DNA of 64,000 nt from Candidatus Micrarchaeota archaeon (GCA_026396415.1 JAPLWX010000040.1:25439-89438), one strand, 5' to 3'. Positions 47,908-55,821 are shown, counted from the stretch's first letter. Numbers and translations are program-made. The notes: a model not told the origin generated them from the letters alone.

Positions 47908-47961
47908 TGTGTGTCGAAAGATATATAAATAGATATCCAATTTTATACTCTTAAACACACA
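47908..47961 (-). promoter_or_regulatory. promoter P-B: TGTGTGT-N40-ACACACA inverted repeat centred on the TATA box
   Basis: tgtgtgtcgaaagatatataaatagatat... is 27/29 identical to 53222-53250. TATA box at about 47921-47930. Confidence 0.6.
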
Positions 47962-47999
47962 TTAAAACAAGCCCAATCCGCACTTTGCGCAATTGCATT

Positions 48000-49340
48000 T
48001 CAATCATGGAATACGTCTAAGCCGATGGGCACAAGAAGATGGAAGCCGGCCTTCCGCCTCACATGCTTGAACCCGCTGTTTTGCCTTGCATATCTCAGGC
48101 ATTCTTCCCGCATGCCTTTCGGAAGCCCCTTGGAAAGCCAAAGCGCTTTTTGCTGTATGCTCTCGAATTCGCTCTTCAGCGCAACAAGCGCAATCTCCGC
48201 CTTCATGCAGTCAGGCAATTTCTCCGCGTACTCAACCGCATATCTCTGCATGTATTCAATCGGGCTTGCTGCAGCTGCCTTGAGGCATTCCTTCTTCATT
48301 TCATCAGGCATCGCATTTGCAAGCTTGAAAACATCGAACTGGCTCTTCTCTTTTTCTCCCCCCAGGACGGAAATCGCCTTTTCATAGGCAGACTGCAGGA
48401 ATTCCGCATCAAGCGGGCTTGGGAAATTTTTCGAGTATTCCAGCCATTCCGGCGAATGCTGGTTTTCCAGCCACTTGATTGCAACCGGATAAGCTCTTTT
48501 CCTGAATTCATCGCGCATGGCTGCGGGTAGCGCCTCGCCGAATTTCGTGGAGCCTATGGAGTGCCAGTCCTTGTCACCTTCAAGCCTCTCGATGGCAATC
48601 GCAAACGCCCTTTTCCCGCACTCCTCCCTCATTTTTTCAGGAAGGCTTTCTGAAAGCTTGAGCGCGGCAATTTGCACTGTCTCAAACACGCTTTCCATTC
48701 CCTTGAGAGCCACTGTTTTTTTCATCTCATCAGGAAGGGATGCCGCTGCCTCTAAAGCAGGGCGCTGCACATACTCCTCCTGCCGAAGTTCGCCGTCTTC
48801 ATACGACCATGCCAGCCCCTTGAGGCAGCATTCCAGCCTCATCTCGTTCGGCAGCCCCTTGGAAAGCTCAAGCGCCTTAAGCTTCGCCTCATAATGTACA
48901 TTTTCCATTCCCCTGAGGTAGCATTCCTTTTTCATTTCGTCAGGCAGCAGCCTCGCCGCTGCATCAAGCGCCCCGCTCCACACAATCTGTTCGAATGATG
49001 CCGCTGCAAAACGCAGGATGCAAAGCATATCATCCTCATGGAGCGAACCCAAAAATCCGCTTATTCTATGCCATGACGCCCGGACCAATGTCCATTCCTC
49101 CAACGTGTTGCATTGCCTTCCCGAAGGGTCCAGCGACCAGATTAACCAATCCATTTCTTTTTTGGACAATCTCTGTTTTTCGACAATTGGCTGCGGAAAC
49201 GCTTTCATTACTGGCGCCGTGCGCACCTTGAACCGCAGCCAGCGGGAGTATAGCTTCACTGCAAGCGAGTCTGGATTATGCTCTTTTTTGATTTCAAGAG
49301 CCAACTCGAATTTATTCAGTTTCCTCATTTCCGGACACAT
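48000..49340 (-). CDS. cluster protein A3, motif-bearing repeat protein (nine LPxEM[KR]xEC-type repeats)
   Basis: Shared motif at residues 31-70. About 9 helical repeats with variable spacing (roughly 30-55 aa): LPDEMKKEC, LPNEMRLEC, LPDEMKKTV, LPEKMREEC, LPAAMRDEF, FPSPLDAEF, MPDEMKKEC, LPDCMKAEI, LPKGMREEC. Confidence 0.65.
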   Translation of the reverse strand: MCPEMRKLNKFELALEIKKEHNPDSLAVKLYSRWLRFKVRTAPVMKAFPQPIVEKQRLSKKEMDWLIWSLDPSGRQCNTLEEWTLVRASWHRISGFLGSLHEDDMLCILRFAAASFEQIVWSGALDAAARLLPDEMKKECYLRGMENVHYEAKLKALELSKGLPNEMRLECCLKGLAWSYEDGELRQEEYVQRPALEAAASLPDEMKKTVALKGMESVFETVQIAALKLSESLPEKMREECGKRAFAIAIERLEGDKDWHSIGSTKFGEALPAAMRDEFRKRAYPVAIKWLENQHSPEWLEYSKNFPSPLDAEFLQSAYEKAISVLGGEKEKSQFDVFKLANAMPDEMKKECLKAAAASPIEYMQRYAVEYAEKLPDCMKAEIALVALKSEFESIQQKALWLSKGLPKGMREECLRYARQNSGFKHVRRKAGFHLLVPIGLDVFHD

Positions 49341-49344
49341 TTCC

Positions 49345-51633
49345 TCAATCCACCCTGTTCCTTATCCTGCCGTAAAATCCGACATCGGACAGGCTCTTTT
49401 CAAGCACGCCCGGCATGAGATCGTCCATGAGCTTTTTCATTGATTCGTGGTCCCTGCCTTGCGAGTACACGTAGCCTGAGAACTCAATCTGCGTTTTGCG
49501 CGGCAGGAATGAAAGCGCCCTTGCAACCCTTTCACCCTTGAACCACATGCCTTCCCTGACCTGTTCCCAGAGTATTTCCTCTGCTTTTTCATAAAGCGGC
49601 GGCCGGTATTCCTCAGGCAAGGCAGGTATTGCCCCGAACAGGTTCATCTCAAGCGTGCGGGTTATTGTCTTTCCCTCAGGCGTCTTTTGCGGTTCAAACT
49701 TCCTGGCTATTCTCGCTGCAGCAAGCCCGTACAGCCCTGCCTGCCTCTTAGGAGGCTGGAATGCGATGAGCCTCACGAAAATCTCGCCAAGGCTGGTGAA
49801 ATCAAAATCGGGTTGCCTGATGAACTCCTCAAGCGCATCGCACGCAGGCGCCCCCAGCCTCTTCCTTTCCTTTTCCTTCAGGTAAGGGGCAAGAAGCACT
49901 GCTTTCTGCCTGTCAACAGTGGTATGTATTGCCTTCTGGATTTCCCTATCCTCATCGTTCAGCTCCTTTTTCACATCAAGAAGGCTTTGCCACAGCCACG
50001 GCGCGTCGCACCAGTCTCCTTCAAATGACGGCAGCAGCTCGTCGGCAGTGTAATCGCAAAGCTCGCCATTTCTCCCTTTTTCGCAGGCAGCCATTGCGTC
50101 ATAGGCGTGCCTGAACACAAACCCGTGCTTGCTCCTCAGTGCAACTGGCACCACGCGCTTGAGCCCTTCAAAATCAAGCTCCTTCACAAGCGGGGCGAAA
50201 GCCCTGAGCCGTTTATCGCTTGCCTTTGCCTTTTCTTCATCATCAGGCCCTGCAAATTCGTCAAGCAGCACCCTTGATTGCTGCTTTGGCGTGAGGGTGA
50301 GGAAGGCTGCTTCAAGGTCGATTTCATCCAGCTTCAGGCATTCCATTCCCTTGTTCCAAAGCCTGAACCTCAGCTTCGGCTCCACAAGCGCAAGCTGCGA
50401 GAACGCGGCTTTCCCGGCAGCGCCTCCCTTTTCCAGCCCAAGCGTTATCGCCCACCATCTTTTCTTCTCCTCGTCAACATTGTCCAGAAGCTCTAAAACA
50501 GCTGCCATTGCCTTTTCGCCCAGTACCTTGCTTTGGAGCAGCTCCTCCACAGCCTTGCCTATTTCTTCCTTTGATTCAAGGCGCAGCAGCCGCACTCCTT
50601 CAAGCGCTGTCACTTCCCACCTGTTCATGATGGATTTCTTTATCAGCTCCATCTTCGTTTTCTTCGTGAAATCCGGCAAAAGCCCCAGCACCTCAACAGC
50701 TGCGGCAGGCTTGCCTCCGGTCTCCAGCACATGCTCCACAGCCTTGCGCATCAGGCGCTTTGATTTCGCCTTCAGGCTCATTCCTTCCATTCCCTTTACG
50801 CCCTTTGTTTCGCCTGTCAGTATCGCCAGGCCTATTTTCGTCACTTCCATCTCGCCATTCCTTATTGCCTCGATCATGGGCGCATTCCGGAGCCTGGGCG
50901 GAAGCTTCACAATGCGCTTTGCAAGCCTCACTCCGGAAACCAACACGAATCCGTCTTTCAGGACGTACCTAATTATGTCTGAGATGGACTTGTCCGACTG
51001 GTGCTCCAGCAGCCCGATGCCAATCGAGGCGACCTGCTCGTTTCCGCTTGCAAGCGCTTTCTTTATGGGCCTTTCCTGCTGCTTGACTGGAAGGGAGGAT
51101 ATCAGATAAGCGACGCGCAGCTCTATTCCTGAATTGGAAAGCCCTGCTTCGACCGCGATTGCAGCAGACTCCGGCTCGTACTTGTGGATGTCCCGCTCAA
51201 GCACGCTGCATGCATCAATTGAAAAGACAGGCATTTTCAAAAGCTTTGTGACCATTGCGCAGGATTCCCTGGGGTCTTCCACCTGTTTCAGCCATTTTAT
51301 TATGTATCCGTTGAGTTCCTCCTGTCCTGCATTTCGCCTTGAAAGGAGCGCGGTTGCTATCCTGGCAGCATCATGAGGGTGAAGCATGTGGAGGTTCTCC
51401 GCCCACCAGTCAACTTTGATGCCCTCTGCATCGGCAATCTTTTCAATCGCGGTGCAAACATTTTGCAAATCCTTTTCAGGCATCCGCTCAGGGCGGATCT
51501 CGTCCCCCGGCAGCTTTTTCACTATGGGCGCGGTGCGGACAATCATTTTCTGCCAGTAGGTGATGGGCCTGCCGTGCTGCCTGTTTGCTGGCAAGTCCGC
51601 GCTTTTTTTCTCCCCTCTCTCCTTTTGTATCAA
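49345..51633 (-). CDS. cluster protein A2, motif-bearing 762-aa helical-repeat protein
   Basis: Shared motif at residues 24-63 (ITYWQKMIVRTAPIVKKLPGDEIRPERMPEKDL). TTG start overlaps the upstream stop (TTGA). Many LPxx[LY]R-type helices. Confidence 0.6.
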   Translation of the reverse strand: MIQKERGEKKSADLPANRQHGRPITYWQKMIVRTAPIVKKLPGDEIRPERMPEKDLQNVCTAIEKIADAEGIKVDWWAENLHMLHPHDAARIATALLSRRNAGQEELNGYIIKWLKQVEDPRESCAMVTKLLKMPVFSIDACSVLERDIHKYEPESAAIAVEAGLSNSGIELRVAYLISSLPVKQQERPIKKALASGNEQVASIGIGLLEHQSDKSISDIIRYVLKDGFVLVSGVRLAKRIVKLPPRLRNAPMIEAIRNGEMEVTKIGLAILTGETKGVKGMEGMSLKAKSKRLMRKAVEHVLETGGKPAAAVEVLGLLPDFTKKTKMELIKKSIMNRWEVTALEGVRLLRLESKEEIGKAVEELLQSKVLGEKAMAAVLELLDNVDEEKKRWWAITLGLEKGGAAGKAAFSQLALVEPKLRFRLWNKGMECLKLDEIDLEAAFLTLTPKQQSRVLLDEFAGPDDEEKAKASDKRLRAFAPLVKELDFEGLKRVVPVALRSKHGFVFRHAYDAMAACEKGRNGELCDYTADELLPSFEGDWCDAPWLWQSLLDVKKELNDEDREIQKAIHTTVDRQKAVLLAPYLKEKERKRLGAPACDALEEFIRQPDFDFTSLGEIFVRLIAFQPPKRQAGLYGLAAARIARKFEPQKTPEGKTITRTLEMNLFGAIPALPEEYRPPLYEKAEEILWEQVREGMWFKGERVARALSFLPRKTQIEFSGYVYSQGRDHESMKKLMDDLMPGVLEKSLSDVGFYGRIRNRVD

Positions 51634-51860
51634 AAATCACACCTTGGGTCAGGCGGCTTGCCGTCGAAAATACCCGGCAGCCATTTTTCAATCCCGGCTT
51701 TCATATGCCCCTTCTTGTCCTTTATTTCGGTTACTGCGAGCGAGGCGAGAGGGTGGCGGTACTTGATTGGCAGCGCAGCTATCATGCGCGCTATTGCCTC
51801 AGCCGGGCTTTTTGGAGGCTTCAGATTCTTCAGCCAGCCCTGGCGCAATGACGTCCTCAA
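51630..51860 (-). CDS. possible small protein (76 aa) coupled to A2
   Basis: ORF whose TGA overlaps the only available start (TTG 51633) of the 762-aa gene. Its own start is uncertain (TTG 51860 or ATG 51785). Confidence 0.3.
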   Translation of the reverse strand: MRTSLRQGWLKNLKPPKSPAEAIARMIAALPIKYRHPLASLAVTEIKDKKGHMKAGIEKWLPGIFDGKPPDPRCDF

Positions 51861-51928
51861 TGCCCCAAATCCCTCTTATTGCCAGGCAATTGCGCACTTT
51901 TCATCCGCATTCCTCCTATGGTGCTCTC

Positions 51929-53188
51929 TTACTCTTCAGCTGGGCTAAGCTCCTCAGTCATCTGCTTGGCAAAATGCCGTGTATCGTGGTACAACGTGTC
52001 CTTCTCCACCTCAATGTAAAGCTCCAGCCTCAAATCTTTCGGCAGCATGCCTGCCGTTTTCTGCGCGGATTCGCGGATTTGCTGGTCTTCATAGTTATTC
52101 AAGATGCTGGCAATCTGCGCCTTGGCTATCCTGCAAATGATTCCAATTTCGTGCGAGTCGCCCCCAAATGCCTGCTCAAGACGGGTCAGCATTACACTGA
52201 GTGCTGTCCCATCATTTTTGTCAATGATCCTGTGGTAAATATCCGGGCGGTTCTTGCTTGGGAGCCTTCCAAGGATTTCAATGGTTTTTGCAAGGCAGCC
52301 CAAGTCTATTCCAATATGCTGCTTGATGCGCAGTGTGGCTTCGCGGTAGACAGTGTCGCGGAATTTTTCAGGAATCTTCTCAACCATGTCAATGCATGCC
52401 ATAATGGAATCTACGTTATACGCTTCACGGATGAAGTTCACAATCCTGTTCGCAACGGCTTCATAAACAGCATCCTTGCTTGCTTCGCCAAGCTTCCAAA
52501 CCGGTGTCAGGATGGCTTCCAATTCAGGCATATTGCAGGATTTAGCCTCTTTTCCAAGCAGGCTCGCCAGCCTGCCATCAAGTTCTGTGCTTGCGCCGTC
52601 CAGTGCAAGATCTATCAATGCCCCTGCCAGCTGGTTTTTCTCATCGTCGGTCTGGGCGTTTTTCAGCACCTCGCTCCGCGTTGCCCCGCCAACATTGATC
52701 TTCAGAATCCGGAGGGCATGCATGCAGAGGTCAGCCCTTTCTCCCTCATTTTTACGCTCAAATGAGGCTGCCAGCGCCAATATGTTCCATTTCATATGGA
52801 TATTTCCAAACTCCAATGGCGCAAGCTCATCCGCATCCTCGAAGCACAGCTGGTTGATTGTTTTCATGGTGTTGATGAACAAAAGCGAGGTCTTTTCATC
52901 AGTTCCACTGCCGCGGTTGTTTTCCAATATTTTTTTCAGGGCGTCCATTCCTTCCTTGCCAAGCCTTTTCACTTCAACGCGTTCAACAGGCAAGTCTTTC
53001 ATGATGGGCGTGATTGCCGGGTTTTTGCTTTGCCAGCCCGGCGGTATTATTTCTTCCTGAGGCTGCCCGCCTTTTCCTGTCGCGTCTCCCTCCCCTTTCT
53101 TCTTCCGTCCGAGCAACCTCATCAAACCACCATGATGCATCTGAGTAGGTTCGCACCTGCGCCAGCAGGCGCTGGTGCTACGTGTCAT
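51929..53188 (-). CDS. cluster protein A1, motif-bearing helical-repeat protein
   Basis: 419 aa. Shared motif at residues 49-88 (PPGWQSKNPAITPIMKDLPVERVEVKRLGKEGMD). ATG 53188 is about 20 nt downstream of the predicted TSS of P-A. Alternative ATGs at 53140 and 53122. Confidence 0.6.
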   Translation of the reverse strand: MTRSTSACWRRCEPTQMHHGGLMRLLGRKKKGEGDATGKGGQPQEEIIPPGWQSKNPAITPIMKDLPVERVEVKRLGKEGMDALKKILENNRGSGTDEKTSLLFINTMKTINQLCFEDADELAPLEFGNIHMKWNILALAASFERKNEGERADLCMHALRILKINVGGATRSEVLKNAQTDDEKNQLAGALIDLALDGASTELDGRLASLLGKEAKSCNMPELEAILTPVWKLGEASKDAVYEAVANRIVNFIREAYNVDSIMACIDMVEKIPEKFRDTVYREATLRIKQHIGIDLGCLAKTIEILGRLPSKNRPDIYHRIIDKNDGTALSVMLTRLEQAFGGDSHEIGIICRIAKAQIASILNNYEDQQIRESAQKTAGMLPKDLRLELYIEVEKDTLYHDTRHFAKQMTEELSPAEE

Positions 53189-53221
53189 GCCATTCGCGAT
53201 AACACTATCCCAATTTTGTGT

Positions 53222-53275
53222 TGTGTGTCGAAAGGTATATAAAGAGATATTTATTTTGACACTTTAATACACACA
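53222..53275 (-). promoter_or_regulatory. promoter P-A: TGTGTGT-N40-ACACACA inverted repeat centred on the TATA box
   Basis: tgtgtgtcgaaaggtatataaagagatat... is a paralogue of 47908-47961, with identical 40-nt spacing between the half-sites. Confidence 0.6.
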
Positions 53276-53286
53276 GAAAAAAGCAG

Positions 53287-53850
53287 CTAAAGCCTTCCCG
53301 CCATTTCTTCCGCCCGCATTTTCGCCAGCGATTTTGCCACTGACTCCGGAACCCTTGACTTCCATTCCTTCCCCTTTCGCATCCTTTCGCGCACCGTTGC
53401 GCCCCTGTACTTCCTGCGCGCAAGAAGCGGCACGCGCATCACTTTTTTCCCAGAGCGCCTCATGAGCCTCAGGACAAGCGCATTGTTTGAAAAGCAGACA
53501 TCGTAGCTCGGCACGTGCGCATCAAGGTACGACACCCACTCGTAGTCGTTCGGGATATCCTGCAGAAGGAACACCCTGCACCTGTCTGACAGCTTTTCCT
53601 TCACAAGCATTGCGCGCATCATCCTTTTCCTCTCCTGCGCGGAAAAGGGGTTCTTCTCCGTCCTTTTTTCCTGCGCGCTCCCAATCACAACAATCACGCG
53701 CGAAAAGCGCGCGGCAATGTATTTAAGCGCGAACAAATGCCCCTTGTGCAAAGGCTGGAACCTGCCGATGAACAGCGCAGTTTGCTTTTGGCGCGCACTG
53801 CCCGCGGGCTTGCGCCTGCCGATGAACAATGCAGCCTTCCCCTCAGCCAT
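53287..53850 (-). CDS. nicotinamide-nucleotide adenylyltransferase (archaeal type)
   Basis: ALFIGRFQPLHKGH (HxGH) motif with the size and layout of archaeal NMNAT. The N-terminal 18 aa contains a duplicated ALFIGR segment. Confidence 0.85.
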   Translation of the reverse strand: MAEGKAALFIGRRKPAGSARQKQTALFIGRFQPLHKGHLFALKYIAARFSRVIVVIGSAQEKRTEKNPFSAQERKRMMRAMLVKEKLSDRCRVFLLQDIPNDYEWVSYLDAHVPSYDVCFSNNALVLRLMRRSGKKVMRVPLLARRKYRGATVRERMRKGKEWKSRVPESVAKSLAKMRAEEMAGRL

Positions 53851-53865
53851 AAAAACACCTAAGAA

Positions 53866-55425
53866 TCAGTGCTTGAAGTGCCTTCTTCCTGTGAACACCA
53901 TGGCTATCCCGCGCTCGTCCGCGGCGGCAATCACCTCTGCATCCTTCACAGAGCCGCCCGGCTGCACCACGCAGCCTATGCCGCCGTCCGCAAGCGCGTC
54001 CAGCCCGTCGCGGAACGGGAAGAAGGCATCCGATGCCGCAACAGTGCCCTTGAGGTCAAAGCCATGCCTGCGCGCCTTCTGTATGGCGATGTTGCACGAG
54101 TCCACGCGGCTCATCTGCCCCGCCCCCACGCCCACAAGCTGCCTGCCATTCGCAATCGCAATCGCATTGGACTTTATGTGCTTGGCAAACTTCGTGGCAA
54201 AGTAGCAGTCCTCGAGCTGCTCTGCTGTCGGCTGCTTCCTGGTGACTACTTTCAGCGCGTTTTTGTCATAAATGCCCGGGTCCCTTCCCTGGAAGAGCAT
54301 GCCGCCCACGATGTAGCGGAACTCGACAGCGCGCTCCTGGCTCTGGTCCCACAGGTTGGACACGTCAAGTATCCTCCTGCTTTCCCTCTGCTTCAAAATC
54401 TCAAGCGCCTCGGGCTCAAATCCCGGCGCGAGGATTACCTCAAGGTACTTTGTGCCAATCGCCTTTGCAGTTGCCGCATCCACCTTGCGTGAAAATGCCA
54501 CAATGCCGCCGAACGAGGACTCGGGGTCTGAAGCATGCGCGCGCAAATAGCTCTCCTCGAGCGTCTTCCCTTCCGCGCCCCCGCACGGGTTGTTGTGCTT
54601 GAGTATGACTGTCGCCACCCCGTCCTTGAACTCGCGGATGAGCGAGAATGCGGACGATGCGTCCAGGAAGTTGTTGTAGGACATCAGCTTGCTTCCGGCA
54701 TATATGACGGAGTCGAAAATGCTCGTCCTCCCAAGTATCCTGTACGCAGCCGCCTGCTGGCTGGGATTTTCGCCGTACCTCAGGCCGTATGCCCTCTCGA
54801 ACTTCATCTCCAGGAAATCGGGGAACAAGTCATCCTTCAGCGCGCCCGACAGGTACCTGCAGATTGCGGCATCATAGGAACTCGTGCGCGCAAACGCCTT
54901 GAGCGCCAGCTCGCGCCTCATCTTCCCGGGCATTTCCCCCTTTTCCAGCGCATCCGCGACCGCATCATAGTCCTTCGGGTCCACCACAACGACGACATGC
55001 TCGTGGTTCTTCGCTGCCGCGCGCACCATTGCAGGCCCGCCCACGTCGATATTCTCAATCGCCTCTTCGAACTTCACCCCTTCCCTTCCTGCCACCTGCT
55101 CGAAAGGGTAGAGGTTGGCTACCACCATGTCAATGGGCTGAATGTTGTTCTTTTCCGCCTGGGCTTCGTGTTCCTTGTTGCCCCTCCTGTAAAGTATGCC
55201 GCCGTGTATTTTCGGGTGCAGCGTCTTCACCCTTCCCTCGAAAAGCTCGGGAAAGCCTGTGACATCCGACACCTCGCGCACCGAAATGCCCTTCTCCCTA
55301 AGGTGCCTTGCAGTGCCTCCGGTGGATATGATTTCCACTCCGCACGCACGAAGCCTCGCAACAAAGGCAGCCAGATTCCTCTTGTCCCAGACGCTCACTA
55401 GCGCGCGAGTAACCCTAAACGTCAC
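53866..55425 (-). CDS. purH: bifunctional AICAR transformylase / IMP cyclohydrolase
   Basis: N-terminal ALVSVWDKRNL..STGGTARHL..GFPELFEGRVKTLHPKIHGGIL. 519 aa. Confidence 0.92.
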   Translation of the reverse strand: MTFRVTRALVSVWDKRNLAAFVARLRACGVEIISTGGTARHLREKGISVREVSDVTGFPELFEGRVKTLHPKIHGGILYRRGNKEHEAQAEKNNIQPIDMVVANLYPFEQVAGREGVKFEEAIENIDVGGPAMVRAAAKNHEHVVVVVDPKDYDAVADALEKGEMPGKMRRELALKAFARTSSYDAAICRYLSGALKDDLFPDFLEMKFERAYGLRYGENPSQQAAAYRILGRTSIFDSVIYAGSKLMSYNNFLDASSAFSLIREFKDGVATVILKHNNPCGGAEGKTLEESYLRAHASDPESSFGGIVAFSRKVDAATAKAIGTKYLEVILAPGFEPEALEILKQRESRRILDVSNLWDQSQERAVEFRYIVGGMLFQGRDPGIYDKNALKVVTRKQPTAEQLEDCYFATKFAKHIKSNAIAIANGRQLVGVGAGQMSRVDSCNIAIQKARRHGFDLKGTVAASDAFFPFRDGLDALADGGIGCVVQPGGSVKDAEVIAAADERGIAMVFTGRRHFKH

Positions 55426-55488
55426 AAAGTAGCCTCCATCCTCTTATGCCCCCTACATTTTTTAAATGCCGCCTTCCACACACTTGCC

Positions 55489-55821
55489 ATGCAAGGCGCA
55501 TTTGCAAGGAAAAAGGAGGAACACAAGCCCGTTGAAGTTCAGCATGCGCCAAAAGTTTCCCCATTCGACTCTTCAGTGCTCCTTTCGCATGAAAAAAAGG
55601 CGCCAGCCTCGCCGCCTTCCATGTCCCCCTCAATGTCCGAGGGGCCCATGGCGCTTCGCGAATCGCAGAAGGTGGAGAAGCACGGGCGCGACTCATTCGA
55701 GTACGACGTGAAGAAAGCGCTTGAAGCGATGAAGGCGCGCCTGGCAGCCAAGCTTGCCGCGCAGAAGAAGAAAAAGGAAAAGAAAAAGCGCAGGGAAAGG
55801 AAAAAGAAAGGCGGAAAGTGA
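55489..55821 (+). CDS. small hypothetical protein with a poly-Lys tail
   Basis: 110-aa ORF downstream of an AT-rich tttttaaatg element. Low-complexity KKKKEKKKRRERKKK C-terminus. Confidence 0.35.
   Translation: MQGAFARKKEEHKPVEVQHAPKVSPFDSSVLLSHEKKAPASPPSMSPSMSEGPMALRESQKVEKHGRDSFEYDVKKALEAMKARLAAKLAAQKKKKEKKKRRERKKKGGK

Noticed and set aside
40157-53285. Interpreting the 13-kb cluster as an integrated virus or plasmid.
   Set aside because: No integrase, att-like flanking repeats, capsid/portal/terminase or replication-initiator signatures were seen. The GC character resembles the flanking housekeeping genes. The boundaries are a normal terminator and a promoter. This cannot be fully excluded without searches.
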